Origin: Actinomycetota bacterium
GTDB lineage: Bacteria; Actinomycetota; UBA4738; HRBIN12
Reading direction: 5' to 3'
DNA length: 52,021 nucleotides
Assembly: GCA_036555645.1 (NCBI GenBank)
Contig: DATBLA010000162.1
Span: 1 to 52,021, forward strand
In this document: positions 1-9,166 of the stretch, one piece after another
Position numbering within the stretch: the first letter of the stretch is position 1
Layout: every line of letters starts with the position of its first letter
Notes under the pieces: generated by a model
Told to the model about the DNA's origin: nothing
Database searches by the model: none
What the model saw: only the letters and a program-made list of their open reading frames with translations
Translations under genes and position numbers: made by a program

Positions 1-772
1 GCGTCCAGCAGATCACCGCGCGGTCGGCCTTCGCGTAGTCGAGCGCGAGCTCGCGGATCGCCGCGGCGGGGACGCCGGTCTCGGCCTGGCCGCGCTCGAG
101 CGTCCAGTCCTGCACCGACGCGCGGTACGCCTCGTACCCCTCGGTTCCGCGCGCGATGAACGCGTCGTGCTGGAGGTCGTTCGCGATGACCTCGCGGGCG
201 ATCGTGTTCGAGAGCGCGATGTCGGAGCCCACGTCGATCCCGAGCCAGAGATCGGCCCACTCGGCCGAGGACGTGCGCCGGGGGTCGACGACGATGAGCT
301 TCGCCCCACGATGGACCGCCTTCAGGACGTGGTGGAAGAAGATCGGATGCGTCTCGCGCGCATTCGATCCCCACAGCACGATGAGATCGGTGTGCTCGAT
401 CTCCTCGTACGAACTGGTCCCGCCACCTGCTCCGAACGCGGTCGCCAGACCGACGACCGAGGGAGCGTGTCAGGTGCGGTTGCAGCTGTCGATGTTGTTG
501 CTTCGAAGGACCGTCCGCATGAACTTCTGCGCGACGAAGTTCATCTCGTTCGTGGCCTTCGAGCAACTGAACAGGCCGACCCCGTCACCCTGGTTCCGCT
601 CGAACGCCGCCCGCAGACCCGACGCGGCCCGGTCGAGGGCCTCGTCCCAGGTCGCCGTGCGCAGGCCGCCGTTGTCACGGACCATCGGCTCGGTGAGCCG
701 CACGAGCCCGTTCTTCATCGAGGCGCGCTCCTTCCCGTCGATGACCGCATCGATTCTAAGCCGCGGCTCCAC
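1..772 (-). CDS. fdhA: Formate dehydrogenase catalytic (alpha) subunit, molybdopterin oxidoreductase family, selenocysteine-containing. Only the 5' part is present; the C-terminus runs off the left edge. Must be read through the TGA at 470-472.
   Basis: ORF 470..772 ends ...FVAQKFMRTVLRSNNIDSCNRT-TGA. My translation of the same frame continues HAPSVVGLATAFGAGGGTSSYEEIEHTDLIVLWGSNARETHPIFFHHVLKAVHRGAKLIVVDPRR...TGVPAAAIRELALDYA with no stop down to position 1. This is collinear by eye with the E. coli FdhF active-site region (NNVDCCARV-U-HGPSVAGL, from memory). GTG start lies 21 nt after the fdhD stop. Confidence 0.85.
439..459 (-). promoter_or_regulatory. Bacterial SECIS-like hairpin (recoding signal) downstream of the fdhA UGA
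   Basis: mRNA: UGA CACGCUCCCU CGGUCGUC-GGUCU-GGCGACCG. This is an 8-bp stem (7 Watson-Crick pairs plus 1 G-U) with a GGUC-containing loop, starting 10 nt after the UGA. Spacing and Gly-Leu (GGU CUG) loop codons match the E. coli fdhF SECIS as I recall it. Confidence 0.7.
470..472 (-). other. In-frame UGA, predicted selenocysteine codon of fdhA
   Basis: The TGA sits between ...SCNRT and HAPSVVGL..., exactly at the position of Sec in Sec-type formate dehydrogenases. The reading frame stays open on both sides. Confidence 0.8.
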
Positions 773-793
773 CCCGGCGGCCGCAGCGCCGGC

Positions 794-1669
794 TCAGCTG
801 CGGATGCGCTCGGGGTGCGTGTAGACGTTCGCCCGACCGTCGCGGACGAACCCGACGAGGGTCATGCCGAACCGCTCCGCGGCCTCCACGGCCAGCGAGG
901 ACGGCGCGCTCACGGCGCTCACGATCGGGACGCCGGCGACCGCCGCCTTCTGGACGATCTCGAACGACGCCCGGCCGCTCACCTGCATCACGGTCTCGGA
1001 GGCGGGGACGGAGCCGGCGAGGTAGCGCTCGCCGACCACCTTGTCGACCGCGTTGTGGCGGCCCACGTCCTCGCGGACGGTGACGGTCTCGCCGTCGGGC
1101 GTGAACAACCCGGCGGCGTGCAGCCCACCGGTCCGCTCGAACACCGCCTGCCCCTCCCGCAGCCGGTCGGGGAGCCCGACGACGACGCCGAGATCGACCT
1201 CGGGGCCGGGACCGACGGGCCGGCACCGGACCTCGATGTCCTCGAGCGCGGCCTTGCCGCACACGCCGCAGGAGGACGTGGCGTAGAAGTTCCTGCGCAG
1301 CCGTTCGGCGTCGAAGGCCCGCTCGAGCGTGACCGAGACGACGTTGTACCGCTGCTCCTCTCCCGGCAGGTTGTCGCAGTAGGCCACGCGGCGAACCTCG
1401 CCGGGCACGATGAGCCCCTCGGTGAACAGGAACCCGACCGCGAGCTCGAAGTCGCCGCCGGGCGTCCGCATCGTGACGGCCACCTGCACCTGGTCCTGAT
1501 CCGGTCCCTGGACGCGGATCTCCAGCGGCTCCTCGGTGGCGAGGGTGTCGGTCCGCTCGGCTCGAGTGCCCTCCGCCATCGCGACGAGGCGCGCGCGGGT
1601 CAGGTTCGTCCGGATCGGCTCGGAGACGGCCACGTCCCCAGTATCCGGCGCGAGCGCCGCCGGGTCCAC
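794..1669 (-). CDS. fdhD: Formate dehydrogenase accessory sulfurtransferase FdhD
   Basis: 291 aa with the SSCGVCGK cysteine loop and GRHNAVDK motif typical of FdhD. Lies immediately upstream of fdhA. Confidence 0.9.
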   Translation of the reverse strand: MDPAALAPDTGDVAVSEPIRTNLTRARLVAMAEGTRAERTDTLATEEPLEIRVQGPDQDQVQVAVTMRTPGGDFELAVGFLFTEGLIVPGEVRRVAYCDNLPGEEQRYNVVSVTLERAFDAERLRRNFYATSSCGVCGKAALEDIEVRCRPVGPGPEVDLGVVVGLPDRLREGQAVFERTGGLHAAGLFTPDGETVTVREDVGRHNAVDKVVGERYLAGSVPASETVMQVSGRASFEIVQKAAVAGVPIVSAVSAPSSLAVEAAERFGMTLVGFVRDGRANVYTHPERIRS

Positions 1670-1675
1670 GCCGGG

Positions 1676-2890
1676 CTAGTGCGAGACGGCGGCGGCGGCG
1701 ATCTCGGAGACGAGCTCGCGCTTCCAGAACCGGTCCAGCGCGAACGGCGCGATGAGCTCCGGGACCGTGCCGGTATCGATCAGCTCGGCCATCGTGACGC
1801 CCACGATCGGCGTGGCCTTGAAGCCGTACGTCCCCCATCCTCCGTCGATGTGGAAGCCCTCGACCTCGGTCGTGCCCATGATCGGCGAGTAGTCGGGCGT
1901 GACGTCGCACAGGCCGCCCCACGCGCGCATCACCTTCACGCGGGACAGGATCGGCAGCAGCTCCAGGGCATGCTCGGCCGTGACCTCGAGGAAGTCGAGC
2001 GTGGACTCCTGCGAGTAGGAGGAGTACGGCTCGATCTCCGAGCCGATCAGCACCTCGCCGCGGTCGGTCTGCGAGACGTAGACGTGCAGCGTGGCCGAGA
2101 CGAGGATCACGTGCAGGAACGGCTTGAGCGGTTCGGTGACGAAGGCCTGCAGCGGGTGGGTCGTGATCGGCACCCGGACGCCGGCCATGCGAGCGATCTC
2201 CGAGGTCCAGCCCGCGACGGCCGAGACCACGACCGGCGCCGAGACGTCCCCGGCCGTGGTCGAGACGCCGGTCACCGCTCCGCCGTCGACCTTCACCCCG
2301 GTGACCTCGACGCCCTGGTGGATCTCGACCCCGCGGCGGTCGGCCTGCCGCGCGTACGCCCACACCACGGCGTCGTGACGGATCACGCCGCCCGGAGGGT
2401 GATACAGCGCGGCCATGATCGGGAACGCCGGGCGGTCGGACAGGTCGAGCTCCGGGCAGAGCCGTCGGATCTCCTCCGGCCCGATCACGCGCGAGTCGAC
2501 GCCGAGGAGGCGGTTCACCTCGGCGCGCTCGTGCGCGACGTTCACGGCCCGCTCGGCGTGGGCGAGCGTGAGGTGCCCCTGCTGGGAGAACAGCAGGTTG
2601 TAGTCGAGCTCCTGGGCGAGGTGCTCGTAGAGCCTGAGCGACTCCTTGTAGAAGGCGACGCCCTCGGGTGTCCGGTAGTTGGCGCGGATGATCGTGGTGT
2701 TCCGGCCCGAACCGCCGGCCCCGATGTAGCGCTTCTCCAGGACGGCCACCTTCCGGATGCCTCGCTTGGCGAGCTCGTACGCGATCGCCAGGCCGTGCGC
2801 GCCGCCGCCCACGATCACGACGTCGTACGTCGGCTTCAGATCGTGGCGGCGCCACATCCGCCACGGCTGGAAGTAGCGGATGGGATGCAT
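1676..2890 (-). CDS. soxB: Heterotetrameric sarcosine oxidase / N-methylglutamate dehydrogenase, beta-type subunit (FAD)
   Basis: Internal ATG at 2890 (MHPIRYFQPW...) overlaps the soxG stop as ATGA. Contains YDVVIVGGGAHGLAIAYELAK dinucleotide fold, GRNTTIIRANY and C-terminal GWGTYGFKATP. The upstream part of the 531-aa ORF is Arg/Gly-rich GC noise. Confidence 0.9.
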   Translation of the reverse strand: MHPIRYFQPWRMWRRHDLKPTYDVVIVGGGAHGLAIAYELAKRGIRKVAVLEKRYIGAGGSGRNTTIIRANYRTPEGVAFYKESLRLYEHLAQELDYNLLFSQQGHLTLAHAERAVNVAHERAEVNRLLGVDSRVIGPEEIRRLCPELDLSDRPAFPIMAALYHPPGGVIRHDAVVWAYARQADRRGVEIHQGVEVTGVKVDGGAVTGVSTTAGDVSAPVVVSAVAGWTSEIARMAGVRVPITTHPLQAFVTEPLKPFLHVILVSATLHVYVSQTDRGEVLIGSEIEPYSSYSQESTLDFLEVTAEHALELLPILSRVKVMRAWGGLCDVTPDYSPIMGTTEVEGFHIDGGWGTYGFKATPIVGVTMAELIDTGTVPELIAPFALDRFWKRELVSEIAAAAVSH

Positions 2891-3516
2891 CAGGACCACC
2901 CCTGCGCCCGGAGCGCCGTCCACCCGACGGGACCGCCACCGCTCCGCCGGACCGCGTCGAGCACGGCATCCCAGGCGTATCGCGCGAACTCCGTCGCGAC
3001 GTAGGCCTCGAGGACCGGGACGTCGAGGTCCCGGCGAAGGAGCACGGCCCGAACGTCGGCGATCGGCGCCCCGGTGGCCTTCCCGGGCTCGAGCGTGGCG
3101 GGGTCCCACGACGTCAGGCGCGCGAGCGCCTCGGGCAGCGCCGGCCCGGCGAGCGCGAAGCCGGCGAACAGGTGCGTGGCGTCGGTCACCATCGCGCCGG
3201 TTCCGGCGGCCGACTCCATCTTGGGAACGAGGACCTCCTCGCCTCCGGGTTCGGTGAGCACGAGCGCCCACTCGCCGGACACGCGCGCGACGAGGGCGTC
3301 GCCGGCCGAGGCGAGCGGGAGCTCGATCCCGCCGCGGACGTCGACCTTGCCGCGCGGCGTGATATCGACGAGGGCGACGGCGCCGGCGAGCAACGCGCGT
3401 TCGTCCCGCTCGTCGCCGTAGCGCGACACCAGCTCCCAGTCGTCCTCGCGGTCGAGCACCGCGCCGAGCCGACCGTGCATCCGGGCCAGCGGCGATCGGC
3501 GGACGGGCTCGTTCAC
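2890..3516 (-). CDS. soxG: Sarcosine oxidase gamma-type subunit
   Basis: 208 aa from GTG 3516, which forms a GTGA overlap with the soxA stop. The sequence has a small GcvT-like fold (LVDITPRGKVDVRGG...). It sits between the alpha and beta subunits. Confidence 0.75.
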   Translation of the reverse strand: MNEPVRRSPLARMHGRLGAVLDREDDWELVSRYGDERDERALLAGAVALVDITPRGKVDVRGGIELPLASAGDALVARVSGEWALVLTEPGGEEVLVPKMESAAGTGAMVTDATHLFAGFALAGPALPEALARLTSWDPATLEPGKATGAPIADVRAVLLRRDLDVPVLEAYVATEFARYAWDAVLDAVRRSGGGPVGWTALRAQGWS

Positions 3517-6314
3517 GAGCGAAGCCTCTGCCCCTCGGGGTCGTAGAACGGATGCATGGCGACGGTCCCGGTGGCTCGGCGCGTGCCGAACTGGATCTCG
3601 AACGTCGTTCCGTCGCTCGCCCATCCGGCCGGCACCCAGGCGAGACCGACGATCGCGCCGGCGGCCCGGCTGCGGCGGGCCGACGTCACGCGGCCCACCC
3701 ACACGCCCTCGTGCACGACGCTCGCGCCCTCGGGCGGGAGCCAGTCGCCGCCCGCCGTGAACCCGACGAGGCGCTCGCCGGGAGCCTCGACGCCGAGCCC
3801 CTCGAGCCCTCGCTTGCCCAGGAAGTCGTCCTTGTCGGCCTTCACGGTCCAGCCCATCCCGACCTCGAACGGGTCGGATTCGGCGTCGGTGTCCTGGCCG
3901 ACGAGGATGTGCTGCTTCTCCAGACGCAGGATCCGCTGCGCCTCGAGCCCGAACGGCAGGATCCCCCGCTCCTGCCCGGCCGCCATGATCGCGTCCCAGA
4001 CGTGCTGCCCGTACATCGACGGGAAGTGGATCTCGTAGCCGAGCTCGCCGACGAACCCGATCCGGAGCACCAGCGCCCTCACCCCGGCCACGTCCATCGT
4101 CGAGGCCGACAGGTACGGCAGGGCGTCGCTCGAGACGTCCGCATCGGTGAGCGAACGCATGACCTCGCGCGCCGCCGGCCCGGCGAGGTTCACCGCGGCG
4201 AACGCGCCGGTGACGTTCAGGACCTGGACATCGAGTCCCCAGTCGGCGTTCCACCACGTGATCCAGCGCTCGAGCGCCGCCGTGTTCCCCGTCGTCACCG
4301 TCACGAAGAACTCGTCCTCGCCGACGCGGGCGACGGTCCCGTCGTCCAGGATCACGCCCTCGTCGTTCAGCATCAGGCCGTAGCGGATCCGGCCGAGCCG
4401 CTGGTCGCCGAACCGGTTCGGGTACAGGCGGTCGAGCAGCGGCACGGCCTCCGGCCCCTTGACGCGGAACTTGCCCAGGGAGCTGACGTCGATGAGGCCC
4501 ACCCGGGTGCGAACGGCCTCGACCTCCTCCTCCGGGCTCGTGTACCGATGCGGGCGCCGCCAGTCGCCGGCCCACATGAACGCGGCACCTGCGTCGGCGT
4601 GGCCGTCGTGCATCGTCGTCTGCTTGCCCGGGGTTCGACGCCAACCGGCGAGCGTGCCGAGCTCGACCGGCGCCCACGGCGGCCGCGCCGTCGTCGGCGG
4701 CGTCTCGGAGAAGGACGAGCCCGTGGCGCGCGAGCACAGGCGCTGCGACGCCAGCATGCACGCCTTGCCCTGGCAGGGACCCATCGTGATCGTGGTGTAG
4801 CGCTTGAGGAGCTCCATCGAGTCGAACCCCTCGGCTACCGCCGTCTTCAGCTCCTTGCCGGTCACGTCCATGCACAGGCAGGCGAACTGCTTCCCGTGTC
4901 CGTGGCCCGACTCCGGCGGCAGGACGACCGGGTCGCCCCCGGCGACCGCCTCCGCCCGAAGGCGCTCGATGCGGTCGGACGCATCGGCGGCCGCCGCCCC
5001 GAGCGCGAGGCCCGACTCGAGCCCGGCGAGCCGGCCCTGGGCGATGGCGGCGCCCAGCGTTCGGGCGCCGGCGACCGCGCCGGCCGCGTGGACGTTCGGC
5101 GGGAGCGACACGGGTAGGAACGCCTGCGCGTCCTCGTCGAAGGCAACCTCGGCACCCGTCATCGACAGCAGGTTCGTGGACGGTGCCCCGAAGCCGGCCA
5201 GCACGAGGAGGTCGCACGGGATCGACCTCCCGCCTTGCTCGCCGGGCGAGCCGACGATCACCTCGCGGACCCGGCGCCGGCCCTCGGCGGCGACGACCGT
5301 CGACCCGGCGATCACGCGCAGGCCGTCCGCCGCACGCGCGTCCGGCCGCAGATCGACGACGGTCACCTCGGCCCCCGCGTCGCGGAGCGTCGCCGCCGTG
5401 TCGTATCCCGGCGCGCTCGACGTCAGCACGACCGCATGGCGCCCCGGGAGGACGCTGAACCTCTTCACCAGCAGGTCGGCGGCGGACGAGAGCATGACGC
5501 CCGGCAGGTCGTTGTTCGGGAACACGGCGGCCTGCTCGACGGCGCCCGTCGCGAGCACGAGGTGGCGAGCTCGAACCCGGTACAGGCGGTCACGGCTCGA
5601 GGCGGCCACGAGCGGTCCTCCGAACACGCCGAACGCGGCCGTCCCGAGCAGGATCCGCGCCCCCGCGTCGGTCGCCTGCCGCCCGAGGTCCGCGACGTCG
5701 TCCGGATCGGCTCCGCCGAGCGTGTCGCGCTCCTCGAGCACGATCGTCGACAGGCCGGCCGACGCGGCCTCGGCCGCCGCCGCCAGACCGGCCGCCCCTC
5801 CCCCGATGACCAGCACGTCGGCGTGCAGGTTGTGCACCTCGCGAGGCTCGTGGTCCGGCTCGCGTGGCACCTTCCCGAGTCCCGCCTTCGAGCGGATGAA
5901 CGGCTCGACGGTTCGCCACGCCCACCGCGGGCGATGGAAGATCTTGTAGTAGAAGCCCGGAGGCATCATGAACGAGAACGAGTTCAGCCAGCCGTGCACG
6001 TCGAATGTCGCGCTCGGCCATGCGTTCTGACGCTCGACGCGCATGCCCTCGCGCACGGGCTCGGTGCAGGAGCGCACGTTCGGGATCCCGTCCACCTGCA
6101 TGAGGCAGTTCGGGCACGATCCGGTCATGCAGTACAGCCCGCGCGCCCGGTGGTACTTGAACGACCGGCCGGTGATCGAGACGCCGGCCGCGGCCAGCGC
6201 CGATCCGATCGTGTCGCCATCGAACGCCGCGACCCGCCGGCCCTCGAAGTCGAACGAGATCGGCCGGTCGCGACGGATCGTCTCGCCGGCCCGCGCCGCC
6301 AGACGCTCGCTCAT
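3513..6314 (-). CDS. soxA: Sarcosine oxidase alpha-type subunit (N-terminal 2Fe-2S-like/NAD-FAD domains plus C-terminal folate-binding GcvT-like domain)
   Basis: 933 aa with CMTGSCPNCLMQVDG, VLVIGGGAAGLAAAAEA and C-terminal GFVGELGYEIH ... FYDPEGQRLRS typical of aminomethyltransferase folds. Confidence 0.9.
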   Translation of the reverse strand: MSERLAARAGETIRRDRPISFDFEGRRVAAFDGDTIGSALAAAGVSITGRSFKYHRARGLYCMTGSCPNCLMQVDGIPNVRSCTEPVREGMRVERQNAWPSATFDVHGWLNSFSFMMPPGFYYKIFHRPRWAWRTVEPFIRSKAGLGKVPREPDHEPREVHNLHADVLVIGGGAAGLAAAAEAASAGLSTIVLEERDTLGGADPDDVADLGRQATDAGARILLGTAAFGVFGGPLVAASSRDRLYRVRARHLVLATGAVEQAAVFPNNDLPGVMLSSAADLLVKRFSVLPGRHAVVLTSSAPGYDTAATLRDAGAEVTVVDLRPDARAADGLRVIAGSTVVAAEGRRRVREVIVGSPGEQGGRSIPCDLLVLAGFGAPSTNLLSMTGAEVAFDEDAQAFLPVSLPPNVHAAGAVAGARTLGAAIAQGRLAGLESGLALGAAAADASDRIERLRAEAVAGGDPVVLPPESGHGHGKQFACLCMDVTGKELKTAVAEGFDSMELLKRYTTITMGPCQGKACMLASQRLCSRATGSSFSETPPTTARPPWAPVELGTLAGWRRTPGKQTTMHDGHADAGAAFMWAGDWRRPHRYTSPEEEVEAVRTRVGLIDVSSLGKFRVKGPEAVPLLDRLYPNRFGDQRLGRIRYGLMLNDEGVILDDGTVARVGEDEFFVTVTTGNTAALERWITWWNADWGLDVQVLNVTGAFAAVNLAGPAAREVMRSLTDADVSSDALPYLSASTMDVAGVRALVLRIGFVGELGYEIHFPSMYGQHVWDAIMAAGQERGILPFGLEAQRILRLEKQHILVGQDTDAESDPFEVGMGWTVKADKDDFLGKRGLEGLGVEAPGERLVGFTAGGDWLPPEGASVVHEGVWVGRVTSARRSRAAGAIVGLAWVPAGWASDGTTFEIQFGTRRATGTVAMHPFYDPEGQRLRS

Positions 6315-6619
6315 GCCTGCGAGGCCTCGGCCGCGTCGGCGCGTGCCTCCGTGACCCCGTCGTCCGAATCATTCGGCCGGTAGGTGCGGCGCACCTCGTT
6401 CGTCGTCGTGTGGCGCTCGGCCAGGAACCAGGTCCGGCACCCGTCGCGGTGCAACCACCACTCGGTCTGCCAGCCGTTCACGTTGTCACGGAAGAACAGG
6501 TAGCCGGCCAGGTCGGCGTCCGAGGAGTCCGGACCCGCCCGGCGCGACCGCTCGCCTCCGTAGGAGAACTCGAGCGCCTCCCTCGGACCGCAGTTCGGGC
6601 ACTCGATCAGGAAGGTCAT
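6311..6619 (-). CDS. soxD: Sarcosine oxidase delta-type subunit
   Basis: 102 aa starting MTFLIECPNCGPREALEFSYGGE...WWLHRDGCRTWF (zinc-ribbon SoxD signature). Its stop overlaps the soxA start by 4 nt. Confidence 0.9.
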   Translation of the reverse strand: MTFLIECPNCGPREALEFSYGGERSRRAGPDSSDADLAGYLFFRDNVNGWQTEWWLHRDGCRTWFLAERHTTTNEVRRTYRPNDSDDGVTEARADAAEASQA

Positions 6620-6677
6620 CGTTCGCGGATGCTACCGCTCCGATGGAGCGCGGTTCCCCGGCAGGACTGCCCCGGAT

Positions 6678-7163
6678 TCAGCCGGGGACGTCGCCCGGGA
6701 CCCACAGGAGACAGGTGACCCGTTCCCGCACGGCGCGAAGCGCCCGGCGGTAGCGCCGCCTCCGAAGGACCGAGCGATCGAGACCGAACACGAGCAGCCC
6801 CGGACGCACGTCGGCCACGAGCTCGACGAGGGCCTCGACCGGCCGCGGGCTCCGTACCCGGAGACGCTCCACGTGGACGCCGAGCGACCTCGCAAGGTCC
6901 GCGGAGCGCTTGAGGGAGGCCGAGACGTCGGGAGTGAGCTCGGGCAGCGTGTCGTACCCGAGCGCGATCGACATGCGAAGCGGCTCCAGCGTGGTGACGT
7001 TGGCGACCACGAGCCGCTGGCCGGACTCGACGGCCGTGTCGACGGCGAAGACCGAGGCCTCCTCGTCGAGCGGCACGCCCATCGTCGCGAGCAGCACCGG
7101 CCGCCCGCCCGCCCCCCTGCCGTTCGACAGGTCGGTCCCGCGATCCCGGGTGCGAACGCCCAT
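6678..7163 (-). CDS. Hypothetical protein, possibly a universal-stress-protein-like alpha/beta fold (start uncertain; alternative ATG at 7082)
   Basis: The only long ORF in this gap with a non-repetitive composition. No diagnostic motif was recognised. Confidence 0.4.
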   Translation of the reverse strand: MGVRTRDRGTDLSNGRGAGGRPVLLATMGVPLDEEASVFAVDTAVESGQRLVVANVTTLEPLRMSIALGYDTLPELTPDVSASLKRSADLARSLGVHVERLRVRSPRPVEALVELVADVRPGLLVFGLDRSVLRRRRYRRALRAVRERVTCLLWVPGDVPG

Positions 7164-7166
7164 GCC

Positions 7167-7550
7167 CTACTCGGGATGGAGCTGCCAGTGCGGCAGGTTC
7201 CGTGCGCGTCGGCGGACCTTCTGGCGCCAGCGCGGCATGTAGACGAGGAACCAGAACGCCATGAGCCCGAGGACGATCGGAAGGACCCGCTGGACGTCGA
7301 GGTTCGCCAGGACGATGGCCGCCCCGACGCCGAACGCGAGCGAGACCGCCACCACCTGCAACCGGTAGCGCCGCATCTCGCGCATGATGCCCCAGTACTC
7401 CTCCGCGGGGATCTGCTCGGTGTTCCAGCGCCGCGAGCAGTCCGGGCACGACCACGTCTGTCCGTACGGCACGCGCTCGACCTGACCGCAGTCGCATCGG
7501 ATCGTGATCGGGGCCCCGCGCATCGGCGGGATTGTATCCCCGGGGCGCAT
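7167..7550 (-). CDS. Zinc-ribbon membrane protein, hypothetical (alternative start at 7523)
   Basis: CDCG...CPDCSRRW four-Cys ribbon followed by two hydrophobic helices (VVAVSLAFGVGAAIVLA, VLPIVLGLMAFWFLVYM). Confidence 0.5.
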   Translation of the reverse strand: MRPGDTIPPMRGAPITIRCDCGQVERVPYGQTWSCPDCSRRWNTEQIPAEEYWGIMREMRRYRLQVVAVSLAFGVGAAIVLANLDVQRVLPIVLGLMAFWFLVYMPRWRQKVRRRARNLPHWQLHPE

Positions 7551-7630
7551 CCGCCCGCTTTGAACGCCCGAACCCCAACGTGCTATACCCCTCGCTGCCG
7601 TTCATCGGATCGCCGGGGAAGGGGGATGCC

Positions 7631-9142
7631 GTGGCTGAGGCCGTCATCGAGGAACGCCAACTCCTCAAGTCTCTGCACTGGTACGACGGGTTCGTCATCG
7701 CGCTGTGCCAACCGGCGTTCCTCCTCGGGTCGCTCGGCTTCACGCTGGCGACGATCGGCGCCTGGGGGTCGGTCCTGCTGTGGGGCATCTCCGCGACGGT
7801 CGGCCTCCTCCAGAACTTCATCTATACGGAGACCGCCACGATGTTCCCGGACAAGCCCGGCGGGATCGCGCTGTACGCGCACGAGGGATGGCGCTCGCGC
7901 TTCAACCTGTTCGGGCCGATCGCCGCGTTCGGGTACTGGATCGGCTGGTCGGTCGTGCTCTCGTTCGTTGGGAACATCGTCGGCGCGCTCGTCGTGGCCG
8001 AGTGGTTCCCCCAGTCGGGCGACGGCACCGATGACGCGTTCTTCAACCTCGGGTTCGCCGACTTCGGCCTCGCTCAGCTCATCGCCATCGTGGTGATCCT
8101 CGCGGTCTGGGCGTTCAACGTGCTCGGGGTCAAACCCTCGCTCGCGGTCGGCTACGTCACCGGCGCGTTGCTGATGGTGCCGCTGTTCATCTTCATCGTC
8201 ATGCCGTACATCACGGGCGACTGGTCCAGCTCGAACCTCGAGTACGTCCACAACGCCGGCGACCCGTCCCTCGGATTCAGCGACCTGTCGGTGGCCTTGA
8301 TGTGGCTGTTCATCATGTGTTGGTCCGCCTACGGGATCGAGGTCTGCGCGACCTTCGCGCCCGAGTACCACGACACGAAGCGCGACACCGCGAAGGCCCT
8401 GAAGAGCGCCGCGGCGTTCTCGCTGTTCGTGTACATCTTCCTGCCGCTCGGCCTGGGCGGCGTCGTCGGCTCGACGGGTGACTACGGCAGCTTCTACGTC
8501 GCGGCACTCGAGGAGATCGCCGGGCCGGTGGTCGGCGGGTTCGCCGTGGTGTGCCTCATCGGGAGCTTGATCCTGGCGATGAACACCGCCACGGCCGACG
8601 GGGGCCGCGCGCTCTACGGGATCGCTCGCGACGACATGACGATCAAGTGGTTCTTCCACCTGAACCGGTTCCACGTGCCGGCCCGTGGGATGACCGTCGA
8701 CATGGTCGTGAACCTCGGATTGCTCGTCCTCCTGGGCGCGAACAACTTCGTGATCCTGTACATCTCGAACATCGGGTACGTGTTCTGTCACGTCCTCGCG
8801 CTCACTGGGTTCCTGTTGCTCCGGCGCGATCGTCCCCAGTGGCCGCGCCCGATCAAGGTGGGCGGGGCGTGGTTGCCGATCGCCGGCCTGCTCGCCCTGT
8901 TCAACCTCATCCTGGTGCTCTATGGCGTGTTCGATCAGGACCTGGCCGCGTACATCGGCTTCTACGAGTTCACCGGTCTGCCGCTGTTCCTCGGTCTGGG
9001 CGTGCTCGTCGCGTCGGTGCTCCTGTACTTCTACCGGCGCGTGGTCCAGGACAAGGAGAAGATCACCTTCCGCGATCGCGACGTGTCGACGATGCCGAAC
9101 GAGGAGCAGATGGCGCTCCTCCGCGAGGAGTCGATGGCCTAG
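7631..9142 (+). CDS. APC-superfamily amino acid / amine permease
   Basis: GTG 7631 is preceded by GGAAGGGGGA. About 12 hydrophobic segments. The N-terminal LHWYDGFVIALCQP and the overall pattern fit the amino acid/polyamine/organocation family. Confidence 0.8.
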   Translation: MAEAVIEERQLLKSLHWYDGFVIALCQPAFLLGSLGFTLATIGAWGSVLLWGISATVGLLQNFIYTETATMFPDKPGGIALYAHEGWRSRFNLFGPIAAFGYWIGWSVVLSFVGNIVGALVVAEWFPQSGDGTDDAFFNLGFADFGLAQLIAIVVILAVWAFNVLGVKPSLAVGYVTGALLMVPLFIFIVMPYITGDWSSSNLEYVHNAGDPSLGFSDLSVALMWLFIMCWSAYGIEVCATFAPEYHDTKRDTAKALKSAAAFSLFVYIFLPLGLGGVVGSTGDYGSFYVAALEEIAGPVVGGFAVVCLIGSLILAMNTATADGGRALYGIARDDMTIKWFFHLNRFHVPARGMTVDMVVNLGLLVLLGANNFVILYISNIGYVFCHVLALTGFLLLRRDRPQWPRPIKVGGAWLPIAGLLALFNLILVLYGVFDQDLAAYIGFYEFTGLPLFLGLGVLVASVLLYFYRRVVQDKEKITFRDRDVSTMPNEEQMALLREESMA

Positions 9143-9166
9143 CGATCTCGGCGGCGTTCGGATCTC

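Noticed and set aside
773-796. The fdhD stop (TGA 794-796) is in the same reading frame as fdhA, 21 nt downstream. This raised the idea of a second UGA read-through producing an FdhD-FdhA fusion.
   Set aside because: Frame identity has a one-in-three chance. I see no SECIS-like hairpin after this TGA. FdhD ends at its normal C-terminus.
167-3004. Very long ORFs on the opposite strand or in other frames of real genes (167..3004 +, 756..2969 -, 36443..40528 - with 1361 aa, 42519..44945 +, 20357..22441 + and others).
   Set aside because: Their translations are dominated by Arg/Pro/Gly/Ala/Asp runs with no motifs. They overlap genes whose products carry clear catalytic motifs. This is the usual stop-codon-poor antisense artefact of very GC-rich DNA.
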